Shown here: piece after piece, positions 48,001 through 57,837 of the stretch
Numbering within the stretch: the first letter of the stretch is position 1
How the letters are laid out: each line of letters opens with the position of its first letter
Origin: Verrucomicrobiota bacterium
Lineage (GTDB): Bacteria > Verrucomicrobiota > Verrucomicrobiia > Limisphaerales > AAA164-E04
Assembly: GCA_047947115.1 (NCBI GenBank)
Contig: CP170459.1
Location: 3,776,001-3,840,000, forward strand
Length of the DNA stretch: 64,000 bases
Reading direction: 5' to 3'
Translations under genes and position numbers: made by a program
The notes under the pieces: generated by a model
Seen by the model: the letters and a program-made list of their open reading frames with translations, nothing else
Told to the model about the DNA's origin: nothing
Databases searched by the model: none

Positions 48001-48253
48001 ACCAACCGACGGCAAGACCCATGATGGTCAAAGCGCCCAACAGCAGCACCCCTCGCACCATGCTCGGAGTGTCCTGCATTCGGTCCAGGGCGAACACGCA
48101 GAGAAAGGAGGACAAGCAGGCAAACACGCACCAGACACCGCACAGAGCCAGCTCGGCGCGCCAGAGCTTTGCCTTCAAGTCGGCAAATTGCCTCTGCAGG
48201 CGCTCCGGCAAATGATGCGGTTCGATGGGTTGATTGTTGTTCACTTTCTGCAT
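45047..48253 (-). CDS. Membrane-anchored long coiled-coil protein (DUF4175-like)
   Basis: Three N-terminal TM segments, Ig-like region (DDFGV), Q/E-rich helical C-terminus ending LPVEFRSSFEAYFQKL. Confidence 0.75.
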   Translation of the reverse strand: MQKVNNNQPIEPHHLPERLQRQFADLKAKLWRAELALCGVWCVFACLSSFLCVFALDRMQDTPSMVRGVLLLGALTIMGLAVGWWGWRWMIAERHLRDYSRLVQRRYRILGDRLLGIVELTEDTSDETNYSEELYEAAVRQVDADAKNCDFTLAVSSTWLRRLGFTSILLAVVSLILIVLLPGAFSNALSRWINPGGDITRYTLVTVEPLKQEHLTIRGEPFWMEAKVNYLSFWKPDQVTVHLESGYQVTGKVENNQIRLEIPGQFKETAMQVTVGDGSARSNVTPMQRPTLASLQATIRMPDYLKHEDETSDVTSGGLDLLKGSKVQLKGTINRELQSVNLLWGSLELAQVNIEDENFSTDWMETTNIYHADLGWKDRYGFTNAQPWNLTIRQREDQAPSFQFPEMAREIAILETEALELKTEVRDDFGVNEFGINWGTMNGIQPSEDTLKFDFRDGALNPSQQELKVSFYFSPNLYNVEPGDVVELTGFVTDFFPGRTPTETPIYRIHIVSSVEHAERVRQELEALLTQLEDVSRLEQSIAGATAEALEDMKNLSPEDLAARLEDQATDQKLNAAQLAELARKGMETLREGMRNPAFTDEVMSEWSETLSEMQQLANDKMQQAAQSLNEAAQASQASESPQSSQSSQSPQSSQSSASQNAQQAMQEAQQTEQEIMERLEELQAMVNEDLDQLQALTLAQRLRSLSRTETELEATLMEGAEDTIGLFPDELAPRWRALHDKLGETQNETATQSKEIQEEIGRFYERTQKEPYGEVSEDMKEKQTEEGLVSSRELIMKNITMEAADQVAVWAKQFEDWAKHLEPEQDSEGGGGGEGGGEGEQQDFTEQLMALLRTRESELNLRMQTKLLQRQQSAPPEVTLEKAKELSRQQSEMQDKVLDVRAELPMPFLDPIFEEVHSHMANAADALARGQTDDRAVKPETDSIHALTDLINILNEQAQQGSSSSSANQAMSFMMQMMMASQGMGEQANSQTGGGSTAGGDTQQESSNQGGKDDGDEGESRRVSRGSGQAANLPVEFRSSFEAYFQKLEQLTPPATANSANENGDNP

Positions 48254-48323
48254 ACTGCTTCAGCTGTTCCGGTTCGTCAAATACGCTTCCCCCGGTTTTG
48301 ATTTGATTTCATCGATTCTCGAA

Positions 48324-50525
48324 TCATACCAGACCAAAATACTTCCTTCCGATCCAATAAATGGACATGAGCCCCAGCATCAAACCACCCCATGCCGGGT
48401 GCGACCAGAGTCGAAACCGGATTTCGATGGGTTTGGGTTCGGGGAGCACCGAGATCTGTTCGATCAGGGATTTCAAACCCGATGTGTCCACCTTTTTACC
48501 TCTTGAAACCCTTGTCAATTCTTCCAGAACATCTCCGCGGGCGGGTTGCCCGATTTTTTCCACGACCGGACGCAACACTTCCAGGCGGGTTTCCAATTTC
48601 CGGTCCTCGTCCGGGGCTTGGATGTTCATGACGTGGATGCCGGATTCGCGCGTTTCCATGGTGGCGTGAAAGACACCCCAACCACCTTCCTCCGCTTCCA
48701 TTTGAAAAGTCTCCTTGCGCCCGCTGGGGTGGGTGACGGATGCAGTGACTTTTCCTTCCTGAAGTGGGTAACCGCTCCGATCCATGATGCTGGCGCTGAG
48801 ATAAACCGTTTGTCCCATTTCAGGTTTCTCCGGGGTGTAAGTCAGGCGGATGCCTTCGTCTTCCGAGATGTGCCTTTGATGTGCCATCCAGCGCACCACC
48901 TGACTCCAGAACCGATAGTGGTAGAGATCTTCCACTCCCCGACGCCATCGCCAGGCGCTGTCCGTTCCCATGAACAGAACCTTTCCATTACCAAAAGGCC
49001 GGATGGCCAGTAGCGGGATGCGCCCCCAGTTGTTTCGGATGGAATCATGCACGGCGAGGATTTCGGAACCGGGCCTGCCTTTTTCAACCGCCGTCGACCA
49101 GTAAAAGCCCGGCAACTGACGCCAGAGTTCCGTGTTTCGATCAGATGAAATATCAAAGCGTGTCAGCCAGTGACCTGCGCCCAGTCGGGTCAAGGCCAGT
49201 TGTGATTCATTCTGGAGCCCGATGCCTTCTGGGCGTTCCAGGTCGAACTGCACCGGAATCATCTCCTCAATTGCCGATCCCAACCAAGTCGTATGACGCC
49301 CGCGTCGACCGGGCATCAGCACAAGTCCGCCCGCTTGTTGCTCGACGAGCCCGCGAATCAGTTCGGCATCTTCCGGTGTCAATCCGCTTTCTCCAATGCC
49401 GACATCGCCAAGAAAAACCACGTCGTATGGCGCGATCAAATCCTTGCTGTCGGGGAACTGACTCAAATAATGACTGCCGCCTCCCATGCCGCCTTGGGGG
49501 TGAAACAACAGACAGGACATGTCGACGCCAGGATCACGTTCCAGCGCGTTGCGAAGATAGCGGTATTCCCATCGCGGATAAGAATCGATGACGAGCACCT
49601 TGAGGGTTTCCATACGGACATTGATGGTGAACTCTGCTTCGTTGTTATCGGGCAACGCTTCTCCAACCTGAACCGGAAGTGAGAGCGTCAACGAGCGTTC
49701 CCCGATTTTCTGCGGTGACCAGACAAGAGTTTCCTGCAAATCGGTGGATGCCGGCAGTGTGATTTCCTTTTCTGCCACGACTTCGCCTTCGTCGCTCAAA
49801 GTCGCAATGAAGGTGAAATCTTTCTGCATGCGGTTGTGCGCATGGAAAGGGATGGAAATTTGTTCGCCCATCAAACCGTAGGCGGGAGCGCTCACGGTCG
49901 ATAATTCAATGTCCGGCAGGGGAGTTTCACGGCCGACCTGTACGGCGAAGACCGGAACGGAGTGATTGCGGTATTGGGCTCCAGCCAGGGCGGGGGAATC
50001 ACCGAGATTCCAATCCCCGTCTGAGAGCAACAGGACGGCCTTTAGGTTGGATTCCCGTTGCAAGACGGATTCCAGAGCACGATTGATGTCGGTGCCTTCG
50101 ACCTCGATGTCTGCTGTTTCCTCTTTACCTTCGGCAGGTGGTTGGGCAAAGGCGTCGACCAGAAGTCGTGAAGTGGATTCCAGTGGTTTGAGCAGATCGG
50201 ATGCCAGTTGTTCGCTGACCCATTCGGAACGTGAAATGACCTGGTTTGTGTGGATGACATCGCGGGTGGTCATACTGCCGGAAACATCGTTCAGCACTAC
50301 GACCGCCGGTTCTTCGGCCCATTCCACCACTTGAATCCGTTCCGGCCGCAAGAGCGTGAGCAGTAGCAGCAAAATGATCAACACGCGAAAAATCTCCAGT
50401 CCCAGGATCTGTCGGGATTTCATGTTCGCCAGACAAATCCTCCAGGAAAACCAAAGGGCGAGCCCTCCCATGACAAGGGCCATCAGAATCAGCAGCGGTG
50501 AACTTGCAAAGGTCCAATGACTCAT
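48324..50525 (-). CDS. Membrane protein with vWA domain and glutamine-amidotransferase-like domain
   Basis: DVSGSM MIDAS, LLSDG; PRWEYRYLRNAL, YDVVFLGD, GGLVLMPG, DSAWRWR; ATG 50525 overlaps the upstream stop. Confidence 0.85.
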   Translation of the reverse strand: MSHWTFASSPLLILMALVMGGLALWFSWRICLANMKSRQILGLEIFRVLIILLLLLTLLRPERIQVVEWAEEPAVVVLNDVSGSMTTRDVIHTNQVISRSEWVSEQLASDLLKPLESTSRLLVDAFAQPPAEGKEETADIEVEGTDINRALESVLQRESNLKAVLLLSDGDWNLGDSPALAGAQYRNHSVPVFAVQVGRETPLPDIELSTVSAPAYGLMGEQISIPFHAHNRMQKDFTFIATLSDEGEVVAEKEITLPASTDLQETLVWSPQKIGERSLTLSLPVQVGEALPDNNEAEFTINVRMETLKVLVIDSYPRWEYRYLRNALERDPGVDMSCLLFHPQGGMGGGSHYLSQFPDSKDLIAPYDVVFLGDVGIGESGLTPEDAELIRGLVEQQAGGLVLMPGRRGRHTTWLGSAIEEMIPVQFDLERPEGIGLQNESQLALTRLGAGHWLTRFDISSDRNTELWRQLPGFYWSTAVEKGRPGSEILAVHDSIRNNWGRIPLLAIRPFGNGKVLFMGTDSAWRWRRGVEDLYHYRFWSQVVRWMAHQRHISEDEGIRLTYTPEKPEMGQTVYLSASIMDRSGYPLQEGKVTASVTHPSGRKETFQMEAEEGGWGVFHATMETRESGIHVMNIQAPDEDRKLETRLEVLRPVVEKIGQPARGDVLEELTRVSRGKKVDTSGLKSLIEQISVLPEPKPIEIRFRLWSHPAWGGLMLGLMSIYWIGRKYFGLV

Positions 50526-52540
50526 GATGCCCCTCCTGTGGTTGATGGTTGGACTTTTTTCAGGAAGGCGGTTTGAGCAACGGTCCCGGGACCGGTCATC
50601 ATCAGCCAACTTTCAACCAGGAGGAACAACAGCATCAGGAACAGGAACACCCTCCAGATTTCACCCTGCAGTTTGGTGTCGCCCTGACCCGCTTTGTCCT
50701 GAAACATCTGGAAGTTTTGACCTTCGAAAAGGGGTTCGACTTCTTCCTGAGTGGTGATTGCGAGGTCATATTCCGAAGCCGGTGTGTTGACCGCTGCCAA
50801 TCGGTCACCCAAGCGGTAAACTCCCGCATGCCAGGCCATCTGGTGTTCGGATCCTTCTTCGACCGGCTGCCAGCCTGCTTCCAGATCGATTTCGCTGATC
50901 TCGCCGCAGGTCCAGTAAAGGGTGCTTTCCAATCGACGGGTTCCATCCTGGCTCATGCGTTGCAGCATGGGCAGCAGCACCGGGCCCTGATCGAGTCCCG
51001 ACCAGTCTCCGATGGGAAGTGTGGTGACGAAATAAATGGAACCTTGCCCGACCTTTTGGTGTACCAAAAGCGGTTCCCCGTCCGAGAAAGCGGCCACGAC
51101 GCTGTCGTTATGTTGGAGTCGACGTCGTTTCAGGACTTCCAATTGATCCAATGGAATACTGAAACCCTCATTGGTATCCGCCAAAGGTCCGGTGTCCTTT
51201 TCCCATCTGCCGACGACAAAAGTTCCAAAATTCGGCGCCGTCTCCAGATCCATCCAACGAACTCCCGCGAAGGTGGTTTCACTGTTGTTGGGGAAATAAT
51301 CGGGGAAACAGACGACCACGCCCCCTTCGGTGGCGAACTGCATCAGCTGGGTCGCTTGCTCTCCTTTGGGTAGTTCTCCCTGCCAGGTGATCAATGAAAT
51401 GTCTGAAGTTTGCAGCGTGTTTCCGCCTGGCAGGCTGCTTAGTTCTGCGGGTAAGAGATTACCGCCTTCGATGCGACCGGCTGCAAGTGAAAGCACATTG
51501 CCAATGTAAGTATGGCCGGCGAAGGCGAGCGCTTGATGTGACAATGCTTTGCCATAAACAAAATGGAGTGCGTTGTTGCGGGCGTTGCCGTCGGCGGGAA
51601 GCGTCAGCGATCCCCAACCGGCGTCCTGCACTGCGCCCAGATCCCATTGATCCTGCCAGCGGACCTGAGCCGCTTCCATGGGGATTTCGACTCCGGCGGA
51701 AAGACCGTTGATGGTTCGGGTGGCAATCAGTGTTTCTTCGGCGAGTTGGGATTGGGTGACATCCGTGACCAGTCTCAGCGTTCTGCCTTTCTCGGAAGTC
51801 GTGATTTTAAGATCAGCCAATTGCAAACCGACATCCTGTTCTGTTTGCTCGTTGACCGCCAGCAGTCGGAATCTGAGCGATTGCGGCAGGTTCTCAAATT
51901 GTTTCATCAGTGAACCCCAGCGGTCGTCGCTCGGTTGCCAATTGGAACGTTGCAGGTCGGAAGCAATCCAGATTTCGGTCGTTCCCGCCTGGTTGTCGAT
52001 CAGCCATTGAAGGGACCGTTGCAGGAGGGACGGGATATTCGCCGAAGTATCGGTGGGTTCGGCCATGGCGTGTTCCTTGAGCTCCTCCATGTTGGTCACG
52101 GTCTGAGCTGAGGAAGAGGCGCTGTCAATCAACACGAAATGAGAATGCCCGATGTAGGCGGTGGCGGCTTGTTCCAATAGTTCCAATGCTTGTTCTCGCC
52201 TCGATAAAGATGTGGCCGCAAGACGGGTTTCCATGCTCGATGATCGGTCCAACAGGATCAAGACCGTGTCGGGTGCTGAAGCAAAAGCCCATCCCATCCA
52301 ACCGCCGGACAGGGGGCGAGCCAGGAATAAAATCAACATCAACACGGCAAGGGTGCGGAAAAGCAGAATCAGAAACTGCTTGAGCTTGGCTTTGCTGACT
52401 GAGCTGCGTGATGCAGCCACCAGAAACCGCATGGCCGCCCATTGCTGGGTGCGATGTCGCAATCTGTTCAACAAATGAATCACCACCGGCACCAGTATCA
52501 GGGGCAATCCAAAGAGCAGTATGGGCTGGAGAAATGTCAT
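50522..52540 (-). CDS. BatA-domain/vWA membrane protein
   Basis: MTFLQPILLFGL...PVVIHLLNR...WAAMRFL (BatA); DRSSSM; C-terminal TM EIWR...LLVESWL. Confidence 0.88.
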   Translation of the reverse strand: MTFLQPILLFGLPLILVPVVIHLLNRLRHRTQQWAAMRFLVAASRSSVSKAKLKQFLILLFRTLAVLMLILFLARPLSGGWMGWAFASAPDTVLILLDRSSSMETRLAATSLSRREQALELLEQAATAYIGHSHFVLIDSASSSAQTVTNMEELKEHAMAEPTDTSANIPSLLQRSLQWLIDNQAGTTEIWIASDLQRSNWQPSDDRWGSLMKQFENLPQSLRFRLLAVNEQTEQDVGLQLADLKITTSEKGRTLRLVTDVTQSQLAEETLIATRTINGLSAGVEIPMEAAQVRWQDQWDLGAVQDAGWGSLTLPADGNARNNALHFVYGKALSHQALAFAGHTYIGNVLSLAAGRIEGGNLLPAELSSLPGGNTLQTSDISLITWQGELPKGEQATQLMQFATEGGVVVCFPDYFPNNSETTFAGVRWMDLETAPNFGTFVVGRWEKDTGPLADTNEGFSIPLDQLEVLKRRRLQHNDSVVAAFSDGEPLLVHQKVGQGSIYFVTTLPIGDWSGLDQGPVLLPMLQRMSQDGTRRLESTLYWTCGEISEIDLEAGWQPVEEGSEHQMAWHAGVYRLGDRLAAVNTPASEYDLAITTQEEVEPLFEGQNFQMFQDKAGQGDTKLQGEIWRVFLFLMLLFLLVESWLMMTGPGTVAQTAFLKKVQPSTTGGAS

Positions 52541-52587
52541 GCGCGCTGGCTGGTCCGGTCAGGTTGATGGTTCGATGACTCCTCCAT

Positions 52588-53502
52588 TTAACGGAAATTC
52601 AGGGCTTTGGCTCGGTCGATCAGGAAATCCGCCAGCACTTTGTCGAAGGGTTGCGTTGTCATTATCTCGCGATAATCGCTGTTGCATTCATGACACCCTC
52701 GTTGAAGGGCTTCCTGGAAATGGCGGAATTGTTCCAGATAGGCATCCCGCACCATGGCCGGTTCGGTGACCATGCTGAAACTGCTTTCCAGGTCGGCAAA
52801 GCGTATGGGGCGGTCGAAATTGAAATCGAGTTCCTGTCGATCCAATATGTGGAAGACCCCGACGTCGTGTTTTTGGAAACGCAGGTGCTGCAATCCGTTG
52901 ATCAGTGGATCAATGTCGGTGAAACAATCGGAAAAAATCAGAACCAACGCCCGTCGACGCGCCTTTTCGGCCAATTCATGCAGGGTTTCTGCCAGACCTG
53001 TTTCACCCTTGCCTTTCACCTCTGTCAGCAGGTTCAACATCAATTGAAGGTGCGAAGGCGTTCGTTTGGGGGGCAACTCGGTGATCACCTTGGGACCGAC
53101 CGTCACCAATCCGGCAGCATCTCCCTGCTGGATGAGTTGATAGGCCAGGTGGGCAATGAGCTTGATGGCGTAATCCAGCTTGCTTGTGTCTCCACTGGAG
53201 AAATTCATCGAACCGCTGCAATCCAGCACAAAATAACAACGCAGGTTGGTTTCTGCTTCGAATTCCTTGAGGTAATAACGGTCCGTTCGACCAAGCACCC
53301 TCCAGTCCAGGCGACGCAAATCGTCGCCGGGAACGTATTGACGGTATTCAGCGAATTCAACACTGGAACCGCGGTGCGGGCTGCGATGCATGCCTGATAC
53401 GGAGCCTTCCATGGCAAACCTTGCGACCAAAGGCTGCGCCGAGAGTCGAGCTGCCACTTTGGAATCGATCAATCCGCTGTGTTTGGATTCGTTTTCTGCC
53501 AT
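52588..53502 (-). CDS. DUF58 vWA-like protein
   Basis: GMHRSPHRGSSVEFAEYRQYVPGDDLRRLDWR, VLDCSGSM. Confidence 0.93.
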   Translation of the reverse strand: MAENESKHSGLIDSKVAARLSAQPLVARFAMEGSVSGMHRSPHRGSSVEFAEYRQYVPGDDLRRLDWRVLGRTDRYYLKEFEAETNLRCYFVLDCSGSMNFSSGDTSKLDYAIKLIAHLAYQLIQQGDAAGLVTVGPKVITELPPKRTPSHLQLMLNLLTEVKGKGETGLAETLHELAEKARRRALVLIFSDCFTDIDPLINGLQHLRFQKHDVGVFHILDRQELDFNFDRPIRFADLESSFSMVTEPAMVRDAYLEQFRHFQEALQRGCHECNSDYREIMTTQPFDKVLADFLIDRAKALNFR

Positions 53503-53572
53503 GAATTGTTTTTTATCCTGTCCCGCTGATATATTTTCTACTTCCGGATCATCCCCGAGAACGGAGAGGTGA

Positions 53573-54607
53573 TCAGGCCTTGTCCCGTTGAAGTTGAACC
53601 AGTTGTTCGATCACGGATCGACTGGTTGTCCCTTCCGCCTGGGCTTGGAAATTGGTCAGGATACGATGAGCCAGAACGGGTTCGGCCACCGCCTCAAGAT
53701 CTTCCAGGCGGGCCATGTAACTGCCCTGCAGCACCGCGCGAGCCTTGGCGCCCCGAATAAGATATTGAATGGCGCGTGGGCCGGCTCCCCAGGTGACCCA
53801 TTGTTTGACAAAAGAAGGGGCCTCATCGGTGTTGGGACGTGTTTGTCGCACCATTTCCACGGCGGTGTCGTAAATATGATCCGGCACCGGCACTCGCTGC
53901 ACCACGTCCTGAAACTTGAGGACTTCCTCCCCGTTGATGAGTTTCCTTAGTGTTGGGGCCGATTTAGCGGTGGTTTCGCGGGCGATGCGCTTTTCTTCCT
54001 CGGCACTGGGATAATCCACATTGATGAAAAACATGAATCGATCCAACTGCGCTTCAGGCAACGGATACGTGCCCTCCTGTTCAATGGGGTTCTGGGTGGC
54101 CAGAACGAAGAAAGGGGAAGGCAGGGTGTAAATGCGTCCAGCCGCCGTCACGCGATGCTCCTGCATGGCTTCCAGCAGCGCGGACTGGGTCTTGGGAGGT
54201 GTGCGGTTGATTTCGTCCGCCAAAACGATGTTGGCGAAAACAGGGCCTTTGGTGAACACGAAAGCGCGTTTGCCGGGTTGATCGGTCTCCTGGAGGATGT
54301 CTGTGCCGGTAATATCACTGGGCATCAGATCCGGTGTGAACTGGATGCGACTGAAATCCAGTGACATCACCTGTGACAAGGCATTGATAATGGTTGTTTT
54401 AGCCAGGCCGGGAACCCCCATCAGAAGCGCGTGACCACGGGCCAGAATGCAGATGAGCAAGCGCTCGATAACGTCCTGTTGTCCAATGATCGCCTTGCTG
54501 AGTTCGTCGCGCATCTGTTGGTACAGATCTCGCAAGTGATTAATGGCTTCCAAGTCGCCTTCACTGGGCTTGCCTACCTGGTCAAGATTTTTAGGGTCCG
54601 TGCTCAT
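53573..54607 (-). CDS. moxR: MoxR-family AAA+ ATPase
   Basis: GVPGLAKT, RIQFTPDLMPSDITG, LADEINRTPPKTQSALLEAMQE, ATQNPIEQEGTYPLPEAQLDRF. Confidence 0.95.
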   Translation of the reverse strand: MSTDPKNLDQVGKPSEGDLEAINHLRDLYQQMRDELSKAIIGQQDVIERLLICILARGHALLMGVPGLAKTTIINALSQVMSLDFSRIQFTPDLMPSDITGTDILQETDQPGKRAFVFTKGPVFANIVLADEINRTPPKTQSALLEAMQEHRVTAAGRIYTLPSPFFVLATQNPIEQEGTYPLPEAQLDRFMFFINVDYPSAEEEKRIARETTAKSAPTLRKLINGEEVLKFQDVVQRVPVPDHIYDTAVEMVRQTRPNTDEAPSFVKQWVTWGAGPRAIQYLIRGAKARAVLQGSYMARLEDLEAVAEPVLAHRILTNFQAQAEGTTSRSVIEQLVQLQRDKA

Positions 54608-54706
54608 GAGATAGTCCGACTAATCAAGAGGAGGTTGAGGTTCAGGTCAATCACGTAATTTTGGCCATTGACGGTTTGGTGATTTGTCCTGTTTGATTCT
54701 CTGGCA

Positions 54707-56275
54707 ATGACGCAGAAAATTCAACGTGCTCTCATTTCCGTATCCGACAAAACAGGACTGGTTCCTTTTGCCAAGAAATTATCCGAAGCAGGGGTGGCCT
54801 TAATCTCGACAGGCGGCACCGCCAAAGCCATCCGCGATGCCGGAATGGTTGTGACGGATCTCAGTGATTACACCGGTTTTCCGGAAATGCTGGATGGAAG
54901 GGTCAAAACCCTGCACCCCAAAGTACACGGTGGCCTGCTCTACTTGCGCGAGAATGAAACCCATTGTCAGACCGTATCCGAACACGGCATCGACCCCATC
55001 GATCTGGTGGTGGTCAATCTCTATCCCTTCGAAGCCACCATCGCCAAGCCCGATGTCAGCCTGGAAGAAGCCATAGAAAACATCGACATCGGGGGGCCTT
55101 CGATGTTACGCAGCGCGGCCAAAAACCATCAGAGCGTCACCGTTGTGGTGGATCCTTCCGATTATGATAAAGTTGCTGACCAAGTCACGGAGCTGGGTGG
55201 AACCACACTGGAGTTTCGCCGAGGTTTGGCCGCAAAGGTGTACGCCCGGACTGCTGCCTATGATGCGGCCATTGCCAACCATTTGGCGCGAGAATTCGAG
55301 AAACTGGATGCTGACAGCGCCCAGGCCAGCGCCACTCCTTCCAATATTCATCTGCACATTCCAAAAGGTCAGGAATTGCGATATGGCGAGAACCCTCACC
55401 AGGCCGCTGCTCTTTATGGTGATTTTCAGGAGTATTTTCAGCAATTGCACGGGAAAGCGCTTTCTTACAACAATATCCTTGATCTGACCGCTGCCCAGAG
55501 TCTGATCGCCGAATTTGAAGGTCAAACTCCGACACTCGCCATTCTGAAACACACAAACCCTTGCGGCGTCGGGCAGGGCAGCCAACTGGCCGAGGCCTGG
55601 GAAAAGGCTTTCGCGACCGATCAACAGGCCCCATTCGGGGGGATTATCGCTTCCAATGTGGAAATGGACGGTCCTTGTGCCGAAGCCATTGCTGGCATTT
55701 TTAGTGAAGTCATCGTAGCCCCGTCATTCAATGCCGATGCTCTTGGGATTTTGCAGAAGAAAAAGAACCTGCGATTGATGAAGGCCAAACAGTCACAGAT
55801 CAGTTCCGGCTGGCAGATCCGAGCAGTCGGTGCCGGATCTTTTCTTGCACAGGCTTTTGATCTGAAAATGGTCGGGAAAACCGATCTTAAAGTCGTGACC
55901 GAACGCGCTCCCAGTGAGGACGAACTCAATGCCATGTTGTTTGGCTGGCGAGTGGTGAAGCATGTGAAATCGAATGCCATCGTTTACACAGCTAAAGACC
56001 GCACCTTGGGTGTCGGCGCCGGGCAGATGAGTCGAGTGGATTCCAGCCGGATCGCCGTTTGGAAAGCAGGTGAGGCCAAGTTGAGTCTGCAGGGAAGCGT
56101 GGTTTGCAGTGATGCTTTTTTCCCGTTCCCGGATGGACTCATCGCCGCCGCGGAAGCCGGTGCCACAGCCGCCATCCAACCCGGTGGATCGGTGAGGGAC
56201 GAAGAAGTTATTGCTGCCGCCAACGAGCGCGGTGTGGCAATGGTGTTCACCGGGAACCGGCATTTCCGGCATTGA
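54707..56275 (+). CDS. purH: Bifunctional AICAR transformylase/IMP cyclohydrolase
   Basis: [62 protein letters not shown]. Confidence 0.98.
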   Translation: MTQKIQRALISVSDKTGLVPFAKKLSEAGVALISTGGTAKAIRDAGMVVTDLSDYTGFPEMLDGRVKTLHPKVHGGLLYLRENETHCQTVSEHGIDPIDLVVVNLYPFEATIAKPDVSLEEAIENIDIGGPSMLRSAAKNHQSVTVVVDPSDYDKVADQVTELGGTTLEFRRGLAAKVYARTAAYDAAIANHLAREFEKLDADSAQASATPSNIHLHIPKGQELRYGENPHQAAALYGDFQEYFQQLHGKALSYNNILDLTAAQSLIAEFEGQTPTLAILKHTNPCGVGQGSQLAEAWEKAFATDQQAPFGGIIASNVEMDGPCAEAIAGIFSEVIVAPSFNADALGILQKKKNLRLMKAKQSQISSGWQIRAVGAGSFLAQAFDLKMVGKTDLKVVTERAPSEDELNAMLFGWRVVKHVKSNAIVYTAKDRTLGVGAGQMSRVDSSRIAVWKAGEAKLSLQGSVVCSDAFFPFPDGLIAAAEAGATAAIQPGGSVRDEEVIAAANERGVAMVFTGNRHFRH

Positions 56276-56293
56276 TTCCTGGTTTTCATCAGC

Positions 56294-56339
56294 AATGGAG
56301 GGGCAAATACCGTTTTGCCCCCATTTCAGACCTCTTGGC
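56294..56339 (+). repeat. Left-half copy of the 186/187-bp REP-doublet unit
   Basis: AATGGAGGGGCAAATACCGTTTTGCCCCCATTTCAGACCTCTTGGC versus array B AATGGAGGGGCAAGCTCCGTCTTGAACCCACTTCAGACCTTGTGGC. Confidence 0.85.
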
Positions 56340-56396
56340 TTGGGCTACTGGAAATACTGCGATGGATACACCATAACTCGTCTTTCCCGAAAAAAT

Positions 56397-56429
56397 AAGC
56401 GCATCAGTCTTCAGGACTGATGCGCTTTT
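56397..56429. terminator. Terminator hairpin between convergent purH and prepilin-type genes
   Basis: AAGCGCATCAGTC-TTCAG-GACTGATGCGCTT-TT, preceded by an A-run. Confidence 0.8.
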
Positions 56430-56448
56430 GTGTGAAATCAAGTTGGGC

Positions 56449-57297
56449 TCAGGGTTTGAAACCGATGTTGCGCCATTTTTCTTCGAACTGGGCCTGGCGT
56501 TTGTGGGTGTAGCCGTATTTCATAAACCAAATGTCCTGTTTGTCCTGATCTGATGTGGCCGTCACGCCAAACTTGGAACCGCGGGGCGATGCTTTGGAAG
56601 CCTCGAGCATGCCTTCGCCTTTCCACTTGTGACTGTCCGCGTGGCCGTCCGCGAAGCTCAGTGTACTGATGTTAATATGCCAAAGTGCCACGGCATCCAC
56701 CCATGTAAACACTGCCGGATCAGGGTTGATGAGCCATGAACCAAGGTTCCAGCCCCGGTTGTCAGCTTCCTCAACGAAAACATAACTGCGTGAAGGAAAA
56801 ATGATGGCATCCATTTTCTGGATTGAATTGGCAGAATCTTCACCATCCAAACCACCGGCGCCGCCGTAGCTGTCATAGGCCCAGCCTTGCCCTGGCTTGA
56901 GTTTGGTCCTGCCGTCACCCGGACAATGCCACGAACCAACCGCCGAGGCGTAAGGGAATAATTTGCCTTGGCGCAATCCTTCATGTGCTTCGGCGAGCGC
57001 TTTGGCCTGTCCGGTTAATGTTTTGTCCTGAACGGGCTTGGGACCTGTCCAGAAATCACGACCCTGCCGGTAGGTGCTCATGCCGACGACACGTTCCTCG
57101 TTGTCCCCGGCATACATGAAAAATGCGAGACCGAGTTGTTTTTGGTTGCCCAGACACGCGGCACCGGTGGCCTTGTTTTTGGCCTTGCCCAGTGCGGGTA
57201 AAAGCATGCCTGCAAGAATGGCGATGATGGCAATCACCACCAGCAGTTCAATCAGGGTGAATCCTGAACGATCAAGAGTTCGGTTTGAGAGTCTCAT
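56449..57297 (-). CDS. Prepilin-type N-terminal cleavage/methylation protein with H-X9-DG motif (PVC-type)
   Basis: [56 protein letters not shown]. Confidence 0.92.
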   Translation of the reverse strand: MRLSNRTLDRSGFTLIELLVVIAIIAILAGMLLPALGKAKNKATGAACLGNQKQLGLAFFMYAGDNEERVVGMSTYRQGRDFWTGPKPVQDKTLTGQAKALAEAHEGLRQGKLFPYASAVGSWHCPGDGRTKLKPGQGWAYDSYGGAGGLDGEDSANSIQKMDAIIFPSRSYVFVEEADNRGWNLGSWLINPDPAVFTWVDAVALWHINISTLSFADGHADSHKWKGEGMLEASKASPRGSKFGVTATSDQDKQDIWFMKYGYTHKRQAQFEEKWRNIGFKP

Positions 57298-57365
57298 GGG
57301 ATGTATCTTTGTTAAAGTATTGCTGCCGGTTGTCAAGTTTTCGGAACGGAAAGATTCGAAGGCCA

Positions 57366-57815
57366 TTACACACCCGTCTCCATATGACACCATGGTTTTT
57401 CCGTGGATACATCCACCATGGCCGGGTCGTCTGCTTTGGCGGGTGAGAGTATTGCCAGGAAGACCAGGCGTTCGTCGAAAGGATTATACGTTCCATGAAC
57501 CTCGCCCATGGGAATAAAGGCTGTATCTCCTGGGTTGAGAATACGCTTTTCCTTACCAACCCATTGTTCTGCTTTTCCGCTGAGGACGTAAATCAATTCC
57601 TCCCTGGTCGGATGGTGGTGAAATGGATGGCATTTGCCTGGTTCCATGTTTGCGCGGACCATGAGAAGATGCTCGTTGTTGACGATGTCTTCACGGCAGA
57701 GCCACTCATCGAGTGTCCATGGGGAGGGCACATCCACTTTCTCCGAGACGGAAACAAAGCGCCGTTTGCTGACTTCCTGATTCAAAGGGATATCTCCGTG
57801 TTGATTCTTGTTCAC
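57366..57815 (-). CDS. Cupin-domain protein
   Basis: [18 protein letters not shown]...[15 protein letters not shown]. Confidence 0.9.
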   Translation of the reverse strand: MNKNQHGDIPLNQEVSKRRFVSVSEKVDVPSPWTLDEWLCREDIVNNEHLLMVRANMEPGKCHPFHHHPTREELIYVLSGKAEQWVGKEKRILNPGDTAFIPMGEVHGTYNPFDERLVFLAILSPAKADDPAMVDVSTEKPWCHMETGV

Positions 57816-57837
57816 ATCATGTAGTGTACCATTTGGG

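Noticed and set aside
54608..54706. ZTP riboswitch upstream of purH
   Set aside because: The 99-bp divergent intergenic region lacks the recognisable conserved ZTP motifs
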